64,000 bases of DNA from NCBI GenBank assembly GCA_018780805.1, contig JADMJD010000079.1, positions 10,167 to 74,166 on the forward strand, read 5' to 3'. This DNA comes from Rubrivivax sp. GTDB lineage: Bacteria > Pseudomonadota > Gammaproteobacteria > Burkholderiales > Burkholderiaceae_C. The position numbers and the translations under genes are program-made. The notes beneath the pieces were generated by a model. It was not told the origin of the DNA. It searched no databases and saw nothing but the letters and a program-made list of their open reading frames with translations. This document shows positions 43,321 through 50,621 of the stretch, one piece after another; position 1 is the stretch's first letter, and every line of letters begins with the position of its first letter.

Positions 43321-43376
43321 GCGACGACCTCATCAGGGTTACCCCGGATGCGCTTGCAAGCCGCGGGTGAGGCCGG

Positions 43377-43406
43377 AGGTTAACGGCTTTTGTCCCGCTT
43401 TTTCAA
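43377..43406 (-). promoter_or_regulatory. Candidate sigma70 promoter for the giant-protein genes
   Basis: Minus strand TTGAAA (43406-43401), 18-nt spacer, TAACCT (43382-43377), in the relatively AT-rich part of the divergent intergenic region. Consensus match only. Confidence 0.3.
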
Positions 43407-43422
43407 GAGTGCAATCGGATGT

Positions 43423-43451
43423 TTCATGCCGGGCCCAAGCTCACCCATAAT
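43423..43451 (+). promoter_or_regulatory. Candidate sigma70 promoter for the sapC-tolC cluster
   Basis: Good -10-like CATAAT at 43446-43451; weak -35-like TTCATG 17 nt upstream. Confidence 0.25.
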
Positions 43452-43482
43452 GATTTGGAGGCCCAGTCCCCAGAGGAGTCCC

Positions 43483-44211
43483 ATGTTCGAGAAAGTTGTC
43501 CCGGTCAACCGTGAGCGCCACGCCAAGACACGCGTGCGTGAGATCCAGGGTTTTGGTTTTGCCGCCAAGTTCCACATCGCCTATGTGACGATGCACGAGT
43601 TCTCTCGCGCCGCGGCGGTCTACCCCATCGTGTACGTGGAAGACAAGGACAGCTTCCGCCCGGTGGCCCTGCTGGGCCTGGACGCGGGCGAAAACCTGTT
43701 CGTCGCGCCCGACGGTGGCAAGTGGGAGGCCTCCTACGTGCCGGCCATCATCCGGCGCTACCCGTTTGCGCTGGCCGCGACTGGCGGCGAAGGCCAGTAC
43801 ACGATCTGCCTGGATGAAGGCAGCGAACTGATCAGCACCACCGACGGCAGCCCGCTGTTCGACGACAAGGGCGAGCCCACCCAGGTGATTGAAAACGTCA
43901 AGCGCTACCTGGCGGAACTGCAGCAGATGGACCAGCTCACGCAGCAGTTCACGCAGTTCCTGAAAGAGAACAACATGCTCACGCCGCTGAACATGCGCGT
44001 GCGTGACAACGACAAGGTGAAAAACATCGCCGGTTGTTATGTCGTCAATGAAGAACGGCTGAACAACCTGAGCGACGAGAAGTTCCTCGAATTGCGCAGC
44101 AAGCGCTTTCTGCCCGCGATCTACGCGCAATTGATGTCGCTGGCCCAGATCGAGCGGCTGATGACGCTCAAGGACAAGCGCCATGCCCCTGCGCCGGCGG
44201 CCAAGGCCTGA
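43483..44211 (+). CDS. sapC: SapC family protein (242 aa)
   Basis: HEFSRAAAVYPIVY...PVALLGL...NLFV...W...YVPAIIRRYPF are the motifs I recognise for SapC. The ATG at 43483 follows GAGGAG, so it is preferred over the track's upstream start at 43390. Confidence 0.85.
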   Translation: MFEKVVPVNRERHAKTRVREIQGFGFAAKFHIAYVTMHEFSRAAAVYPIVYVEDKDSFRPVALLGLDAGENLFVAPDGGKWEASYVPAIIRRYPFALAATGGEGQYTICLDEGSELISTTDGSPLFDDKGEPTQVIENVKRYLAELQQMDQLTQQFTQFLKENNMLTPLNMRVRDNDKVKNIAGCYVVNEERLNNLSDEKFLELRSKRFLPAIYAQLMSLAQIERLMTLKDKRHAPAPAAKA

Positions 44212-45751
44212 CCGGCCGGGATCCGTCCGAGCCCCCGTCGCCTGCCTGCTGCTGAGCCTGGCCGCGCTGGCGCCAGCCGGTGCGGCGGCGGCCGAGCGGG
44301 CGGCCACTTTGCGGCTGGAGCCGGCCAGCGTGTTGCAGCTGGCCTTGGCGCACAACGCCGACCTGCAATACGCCAAGCTGCAATCCGCGGTGGCGCGCGA
44401 AGGGTTTGAGGCGGAGACCGGCCTGTACCTGCCCATCGCCTACGCCAGCTTCCGGCGCGACGGCCGCAGCCGGCCGCGCACGGTGGAGGAGCGGCTCACG
44501 GCGGCCTTGGGCGGCATCGCGCGGCTGGAGGAGTCCGGCCGCAGCGGCGAACTCGGGATGAAGGTGCGCACGCCCACCGGCGCCGAGGCCAGCCTGGCCT
44601 GGCGCAGCACCCAGAAACGCAGCAACGTGATCGACTCGGCGCAGTTTTCACCCAGCGACTCGGAAAGCAATGCCGCGCTGGTGATGACGGTGCGCCAGCC
44701 GCTGATGCGTGGCGCCAGCCGCGACGTGGTGGAGACCGACCTGCGCGTGGCCGAAGCCGAACGCGAGGTGGGCCGCTGGCAATACCGGCAACAGCTGCTG
44801 CGCGTGGCGAGTGATGCCTTGTCGGCCTACTGGCAGCTGCAGCGCGCGGTGGCCGCGCAGGCCATGCGCCGCACCGCGCTGGACAACGCCTTGGCACTGC
44901 GCGAGGACACCCGCGTGCGCATCGCCGGTGGCCGCCTCGCAGCGTCGGTGCTGGACGAAGCCAACGTGGCCGTGGCCACGCGCCAGGCCGACATCGCCCG
45001 TGGCGCACAGGCCGTGGCCGAAGCCGAGGCCCGGCTGCGTGTGCTGCTGGACCTGCCACCCGAAGACGGGGGCTGGACGCTGGCCGCGCCGCCGGCGCCC
45101 GATCCGTCACCGGTGGACGAAGGCCTGGCCGGCGCGGCCCGCCGCGTGCCAGCGGCCCTGGCCGCCTGGCCACCGCTGCGGGTGGCGCAGTTCCGCCGCC
45201 AGCAGGCCGAACACCGGCTCAAGCTGGCCGACGACCGCACGCTGCCGGCGCTGGACGTGTCGCTCAGCGTCAGCAGCAATGCGCTGGAGTACGGCCCGAT
45301 GTCGGCCGCCGAACGGGCGCTGGAAGGACGCAACCCCGACTGGACGCTGGGCTTCAGCCTGGAGATCCCGATCGGTGGCGACCCGCGCGCCAAGGCCCAG
45401 CAGCGGGCGCAGCAGCTGCGGCTGCAGCAGGCCGAGCTGGAAATCCGCTCGGTGCAGCAGGCGCTGGCCAGCGATGTCTACAACCGTGTCGCGCAGCTGG
45501 ACGCGCTGAAGCGCGAACAAGCGCAGATGCTGGCCGACCGCAACGCGCGGCGCGAGCTGCTGGCCGCCGACGAAGCGCAATACAACACCGGCAGCGCACC
45601 ACTGAACCGTTTGTTGCGCCGCCAGGCCGATGTGCTGGACGCCGAGCTGAAGCTCGCCGACGGCGCGGCGCGCGTGGCCCTGGCCCAGGTGTCGCTGCAG
45701 CTGGCCGACGGCACGCTGCTGGCCAGCCACCGGGTCGAGTTCGAGGACTGA
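44183..45751 (+). CDS. TolC-family outer membrane efflux protein
   Basis: Signal-peptide-like N-terminus, LQLALAHNADL, long helical segments, two-fold internal repeat (QQLLRVASDALSAYWQL / LASDVYNRVAQL) and C-terminal LQLADGTLL. Exact start uncertain. Confidence 0.85.
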   Translation: MPLRRRPRPDRPGSVRAPVACLLLSLAALAPAGAAAAERAATLRLEPASVLQLALAHNADLQYAKLQSAVAREGFEAETGLYLPIAYASFRRDGRSRPRTVEERLTAALGGIARLEESGRSGELGMKVRTPTGAEASLAWRSTQKRSNVIDSAQFSPSDSESNAALVMTVRQPLMRGASRDVVETDLRVAEAEREVGRWQYRQQLLRVASDALSAYWQLQRAVAAQAMRRTALDNALALREDTRVRIAGGRLAASVLDEANVAVATRQADIARGAQAVAEAEARLRVLLDLPPEDGGWTLAAPPAPDPSPVDEGLAGAARRVPAALAAWPPLRVAQFRRQQAEHRLKLADDRTLPALDVSLSVSSNALEYGPMSAAERALEGRNPDWTLGFSLEIPIGGDPRAKAQQRAQQLRLQQAELEIRSVQQALASDVYNRVAQLDALKREQAQMLADRNARRELLAADEAQYNTGSAPLNRLLRRQADVLDAELKLADGAARVALAQVSLQLADGTLLASHRVEFED

Positions 45752-45755
45752 AACG

Positions 45756-46550
45756 ATGTTGCCGCGCTTGTTGTTGATCGCCCTGCTCGCCAGCCCAGGG
45801 GCCACCCTGGCAGCCGACTACACCGGCCTCGTGCACGCCCGCCACCAGCTCACGCTCAGCGTGGCCACGGCCGGCGTGGTGGCCGGTGTGCCGGTGCAGC
45901 CAGGTCGGCGTGTGCAGGCGGGCCAGGTGCTGCTGCAGCTGGACGACCGGCTGCAGGCCATCGAAGAACAGCGCCGCAAGACCGTGCTGGACGACCGCAG
46001 CGAGCTGGCCGCTGTCGAAGAGCGCCTGAAACTCGTGCTGCCGCTGGCGGAAGACGCGCGCAAGCTGCAGGCGAGCAAGGGTGCGCTCAGCCGCGAGGAC
46101 CTGGCCCGCGCCGAGCTGGACGTGGTCACCACCCGCGGCCGTTTGCTGCAGCTGCAGGCGCAGGAAGAACGCGAGCGCAGCGAACACCAGGGCGCGGTCC
46201 AGGAGCGCGCGCAACGGCGCCTGGTGGCGCCGGTGGCCGGTGTCATCACCAAGGTGGCCATCGACCTGGGCGAATGGGCCCGGCCTGGCGATCCGCTGGT
46301 GGAGCTGGTGGACGCGTCGGTGCTGCACCTGCGTGTCAACGTGCCAGCGGTGGCCGCGCGCAGCCTGAAAGATGGCGCCACGCTGAGCGTCAGCTTCGAG
46401 CCAGCGCTGCAGTTGCCGGCGGTGCAGGGCCAGCTGAGTTTTGTCTCGCCGGTGGTGGATGCCGCCAGCGGCCTGGTCGAGCTGCGGGTGCAGTTCAGCA
46501 ACCCCGGTGGCCGCATCCCGCCCGGCATCAAGGGGCAGGTGAAGCTGTGA
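45756..46550 (+). CDS. Periplasmic adaptor / membrane fusion protein (HlyD/RND type) with cleavable signal peptide
   Basis: Lipoyl-like halves (GVVAGVPVQPGRRVQAGQVLLQLD; LVAPVAGVITKV...GEWARPGDPLVELVD) flank a coiled hairpin; C-terminal SPVVDAASG...PPG. Confidence 0.88.
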   Translation: MLPRLLLIALLASPGATLAADYTGLVHARHQLTLSVATAGVVAGVPVQPGRRVQAGQVLLQLDDRLQAIEEQRRKTVLDDRSELAAVEERLKLVLPLAEDARKLQASKGALSREDLARAELDVVTTRGRLLQLQAQEERERSEHQGAVQERAQRRLVAPVAGVITKVAIDLGEWARPGDPLVELVDASVLHLRVNVPAVAARSLKDGATLSVSFEPALQLPAVQGQLSFVSPVVDAASGLVELRVQFSNPGGRIPPGIKGQVKL

Positions 46551-46554
46551 TCTC

Positions 46555-48456
46555 ATGAGTGCGGTGCCGTCCGGCAACCCGTCGGCCCGGGAGGTCATCG
46601 AAGCCCTGCACGCACTGCGCCAGGCGCCGGTGGACGCCGCTTGGTGGCCGCTGCTGGCCGGCAACCTGCAGCGCCTGTGCCGCGCAAACGCCGTGTGGCT
46701 GCTGCAGGAGGCCGACGGCCGGCTGCAGCCGTTGGCCCAGGCCGGCAGCGCGGCCGCCGTCGACGACCCGCTGCGCGAGGCCTGGCAGGACGAGTTGCGC
46801 ACGCTGCTCGGCCGGGCCGGCAGCCAGGGGTATGCCACCTGCCCGGGGCGCAGCGCGGCCGGTGCAGCAGGCTGGTGGGCCGCGGTCCGCATGGAGCGCC
46901 AGGCCGGCGGCTGGATCCTGCTGAACCTGCCCGACGCCGAACGTGCGCAGATCAACGAGTTGCTGCTGCGCGCTCAGCTGGTGGCGGACCTGCCCGGCCC
47001 GTCGCCGGATCACACCCCCGCCGCAGAACCCGCACCAGGCACAGCCCTGAGCCCGCTGGCCGCCACCAATGGCGCCGACCTGCCGCAGACCTGGCACCGC
47101 CTGGCCGACGTCGCGGCGCAGGTCACCGTGCAAACCGCATTCGGCCCGGCGGCGCTGGCGCTGGTGAACGGCCTGGCCGCACGCTGCGAAGCACAGCAGG
47201 TGGTGCTGGGCTGGCGCGCAGGCCCGGGTGCGCGGCCCGAGGTGGTGGCCATCAGCCACCGCGACAAGTTCGACCGCGGCAGCGCGCCCATCGCACGCAC
47301 CGAAGACGCGCTGGACGAGGCGCTGGACCACGCCGGCGGGGTCTGGCTGCCCGCGCCGCGGGGCCAGCCGGTGATCAACGACACACCCGCCCATGCCCTG
47401 CTGCAGGAAGAGCTGGGCCGGCCGCTGCACCTGCTCTCCCTGCCGCTGGCGCAGGCCGACAGCGCGCCGCGCGCGGTTCTGCTGCTGGCCTTCGAGACCC
47501 CGCCCTCCCCGCTGCTGCGCAGCCTGCTGCCGGCCAGCTTGCAGCAACTGCTGCCCACGCTGGAACTGCTGCACGACCGCGAGCGCGCCTGGCCGCTGCG
47601 CATGAAAGACCGTGCGCTGGTACACCTGCAAGGCTGGCTGGGCCCGGGCCGCACGGGCTGGAAGGCCAGTGCCGGCATCGGCGCGTTGCTGCTGCTGTAC
47701 ACGCTGTTGGCGCACTGGGACTACCGCGTCAACGCGACCGGCCAGATCGTCACCGACAGCACCCGCGTGCTCAGCGCGCAGTTCGACGGCCGGGTGGAAG
47801 AAGCCCGCGCCAAGGCCGGCGACGTGGTGCGCAGCGGTGATGTGCTGGCCCGGCTGGACACCCGCGAGCTGCGTCAGCAGGAGGTGGACGCCGGCGCCGA
47901 GTTGAAACGTTACGTGGCCGAGGCCGACAAGGCCCGCGCCGCCAACGCACTGGCCGAGCTGGAGGTGGCCTCGGCCCGCGCCGCGCAGGCGCAGGCCCGG
48001 CTGTCGCGGGTGCTGGAGCTGATCAACCAGGCCCAGGCGACAGCACCCTTCGATGGCGTGGTGGTCGAAGGCGAGCGACAGGAGCTGCAGGGCGCGCCGG
48101 TGCGCAAGGGCGACAAACTCTACCGGCTGGCCCGCATCGAAGGCCTGTACGCCACGCTGGTGGTGCCCGAGCGCGACGCCGCGCTGGTGGCACCCGGCGC
48201 CAGCGGCGAGCTGGTGCTGGTGAGCCGGCCGGGGCAGAAGATCCCACTGCGCGTGACGGCGGTGATCCCGGTGGCGCAGACCCGCGGCAGCGAAGGCAAC
48301 CAGTTCCTGGTGCGCGCCGAACTGCAGCAGGCGCCCGAGGCCTGGTGGCGGCCCGGCATGAGCGGCGCCGCGCGCATCGACGCCGGCGAACGGCAGGTGG
48401 CCTGGATCCTGACGCACCGGCTGCTGGACACCTTGCGCCTGTGGTTGTGGTGGTGA
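46555..48456 (+). CDS. Membrane fusion protein with N-terminal GAF-like region
   Basis: The C-terminal third is a HlyD-type MFP (SAQFDGRVEEARAKAGDVVRSGDVLARLD...ATAPFDGVVVEG) preceded by one TM segment. The ~350-aa N-terminal region has a GAF-like pattern (inference). Confidence 0.78.
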   Translation: MSAVPSGNPSAREVIEALHALRQAPVDAAWWPLLAGNLQRLCRANAVWLLQEADGRLQPLAQAGSAAAVDDPLREAWQDELRTLLGRAGSQGYATCPGRSAAGAAGWWAAVRMERQAGGWILLNLPDAERAQINELLLRAQLVADLPGPSPDHTPAAEPAPGTALSPLAATNGADLPQTWHRLADVAAQVTVQTAFGPAALALVNGLAARCEAQQVVLGWRAGPGARPEVVAISHRDKFDRGSAPIARTEDALDEALDHAGGVWLPAPRGQPVINDTPAHALLQEELGRPLHLLSLPLAQADSAPRAVLLLAFETPPSPLLRSLLPASLQQLLPTLELLHDRERAWPLRMKDRALVHLQGWLGPGRTGWKASAGIGALLLLYTLLAHWDYRVNATGQIVTDSTRVLSAQFDGRVEEARAKAGDVVRSGDVLARLDTRELRQQEVDAGAELKRYVAEADKARAANALAELEVASARAAQAQARLSRVLELINQAQATAPFDGVVVEGERQELQGAPVRKGDKLYRLARIEGLYATLVVPERDAALVAPGASGELVLVSRPGQKIPLRVTAVIPVAQTRGSEGNQFLVRAELQQAPEAWWRPGMSGAARIDAGERQVAWILTHRLLDTLRLWLWW

Positions 48457-48473
48457 CCAGAAGATCAACCTGA

Positions 48474-50621
48474 ATGGCCGGCCATCTGCTCAGCGACGCC
48501 TGGTACCAGGTGGCCGACGCCCAGGTGGCGCTGCTGCCCACGGTGCAGGCGCAGCCGCAGCGGTTTCGCGGCCGTACCTGGGTGGTGCTGGAAGATCCGT
48601 ATGCACACCGCTTCTTCCGCGTCACACCCCAGGCCTACAGTTTTTTGCGCGCGCTGAACGCCGAAGAGACCGTGGACGCCGTCTGGCAGCGCGTGGCGGC
48701 CGAACAGCCCGACACCGTGCCCACGCAGGACGAGGTGCTGGGCCTGCTGTCGCAGCTGCATTTGTCCAGCCTGCTGTACTTCCGCGCCGCACCGCAGAGC
48801 AGCGCCATCTTCGAGCGCCAGCAGGCCACCCGTCGGCGTGAGCTGATGGGCAAGGCCATGGCCTTCCTGTTCGTGCGCATCCCGCTGTTCAGCCCGGACC
48901 GGGCGCTGAACGCCGTGCAGCCACTGGTCCGCGCCACCACCGGCCGGGCAGCCGGGCTGGTCTGGATGGCGGTGGTGCTGGCCGGCCTGTGGGCCGTGAT
49001 CGGCGAGTGGCCGGCGTTGTCGGCCGCGGGCCAGGGGCTGCTGTCGCTGTCCAACCTGCCGGTGTTGTACGTGGCCATCGCCATCGTCAAGGTGATCCAC
49101 GAGCTGGCGCACGCTTTCGTCTGCAAACGTTATGGCGGCCAGGTACCGGTGTTCGGCATCATGCTGCTGGTGCTGGCGCCGCTGCCGTACACCGATGCCA
49201 CCGCCAGCTGGGGCCTGCGCAGCAAGTGGCAGCGCGCCTACATCGGCGCCGCCGGCATGCTGGCCGAGCTCTTTGTGGCCGCACTTGCCGCCCTGGTCTG
49301 GGTCAACACCGGGGCCGGGCCGGTGAACAGCCTGGCCTTCAACATGATGGTGGTGGGCTCGGTGTCCAGCCTGCTGTTCAACGGCAACCCGCTGCTGCGC
49401 TTTGACGCGTACTACATCCTCTCCGATCTGGCCGAGCTGCCCAACCTGTACCAGAAGGCGCAGGCGCAGTGGCTGCACTGGGGCCGGCGCTTTGTGCTGG
49501 GCCAGGCCGACAGCCAAGGCCCGGCGACCGACGCGAGCGAGCGCAGCTGGTACGGCTTTTACGGCGCCGGCGCGTTTGCCTACCGGCTGCTGGTGACGGC
49601 GACCATCCTGCTGTTTGTCACCGACCAGTGGTTCGCCGTCGGCCTGGTGCTGCTGGTCACCACCGCGCTGGCCATGGTGCTGATGCCCTTGTCCAAGTTC
49701 GGACGTTACCTGCTCGCGCTGCGCCAGGGCCGTGGCCGGGCACTGGCCGGCACGGCCGGCGTGGTGGCGCTGCTGTGGTTGGGCATCGCTGTCTTGCCGC
49801 TGCCGCACGCCGTGCGCCTGCAGGGGGTGTTGCAGGCCCAGGCCAGCAGCCAGCTCTACGTGCAGACCGCCGGCCAGCTGGTGGCGCTGCCGGTGCGCCA
49901 TGGGCAGCGTGTGGCCAAAGGCGAGCTGATCGCCCGCCTGGACAACCCCGACCTGACACATGCGCTGCAGGCCGTGGCGCTGCAGCAGGCCGAGACCGAA
50001 GCGATGCAGCGCCAGGCCCTGCTGGCCACACCGGCCGAGGTGGCGCCGCTGCAGAGCCGGCTCGACGCGCTGCGCGACCGCGAACGCGAGCTGCGGGTGC
50101 TGGCCGCCCAGCTGGAGGTGCGCGCACCGCAGGCCGGCGAGTGGGTGGCGCCGCTGCTGCACGAACGCCAGGGCAACTGGATCGAACGTGGCCAGCCGCT
50201 GGGTGAGCTGGTGGACCGCGGCGCCTTCCGCTTCAGCGCCGTGCTGCCGCAGAGCCAGGCGGCCGAACTCTTCGGCCTGCCCGACGCAGGCGGCGACGTG
50301 CGGCTGATGCACGCGCGCGGCGTCGATCTGCCGGTGGCCCGGCTGCGCCTGGTGCCCTACCAGCGCCAGCGCCTGATGTCGCCGGTGCTGGGTTTTGGCG
50401 GTGGTGGGGATGTGGCGGTGCGGCCCGACGATGCCAGCGGTACGCTGGCCACCGAACCGTTTTTCGAGCTGCAGGCCGAGCTGGCTGACCCAGCGCTGGC
50501 CGGGCTGGTGGCCTACCACGGCCTGTCCGGGGTGCTGCGGGTGCCGGTGCCGGCCCGGCCGCTGTGGGAACGCACCGTCGCGGCGCTGCGCCAGCTGCTG
50601 CAGCAGCGGTACCAGGTGTGA
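48474..50621 (+). CDS. PqqD-like domain / M50 site-2 metalloprotease / MFP fusion protein
   Basis: HELAH zinc motif plus NGNPLLRFD third-ligand motif within a multi-TM core. The N-terminal ~90 aa look like a PqqD/RRE winged helix. The C-terminus has an MFP lipoyl/hairpin (GQLVALPVRHGQRVAKGELIARLDN). Confidence 0.85.
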   Translation: MAGHLLSDAWYQVADAQVALLPTVQAQPQRFRGRTWVVLEDPYAHRFFRVTPQAYSFLRALNAEETVDAVWQRVAAEQPDTVPTQDEVLGLLSQLHLSSLLYFRAAPQSSAIFERQQATRRRELMGKAMAFLFVRIPLFSPDRALNAVQPLVRATTGRAAGLVWMAVVLAGLWAVIGEWPALSAAGQGLLSLSNLPVLYVAIAIVKVIHELAHAFVCKRYGGQVPVFGIMLLVLAPLPYTDATASWGLRSKWQRAYIGAAGMLAELFVAALAALVWVNTGAGPVNSLAFNMMVVGSVSSLLFNGNPLLRFDAYYILSDLAELPNLYQKAQAQWLHWGRRFVLGQADSQGPATDASERSWYGFYGAGAFAYRLLVTATILLFVTDQWFAVGLVLLVTTALAMVLMPLSKFGRYLLALRQGRGRALAGTAGVVALLWLGIAVLPLPHAVRLQGVLQAQASSQLYVQTAGQLVALPVRHGQRVAKGELIARLDNPDLTHALQAVALQQAETEAMQRQALLATPAEVAPLQSRLDALRDRERELRVLAAQLEVRAPQAGEWVAPLLHERQGNWIERGQPLGELVDRGAFRFSAVLPQSQAAELFGLPDAGGDVRLMHARGVDLPVARLRLVPYQRQRLMSPVLGFGGGGDVAVRPDDASGTLATEPFFELQAELADPALAGLVAYHGLSGVLRVPVPARPLWERTVAALRQLLQQRYQV

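Noticed and set aside
43335-43361. Palindromes GGGTTACCC and GCTTGCAAGC in the giant gene's 5' region as operators
   Set aside because: Palindromes this short are expected by chance in GC-rich DNA, and I cannot match them to a known regulator.
43390-43482. Upstream starts given by the ORF track for sapC (43390); likewise 51858, 56848, 59651, 50564 and 63973 for other genes
   Set aside because: These are longest-ORF artefacts that overlap neighbours or promoters. Downstream starts with SD, lipobox or family-typical N-termini fit better.
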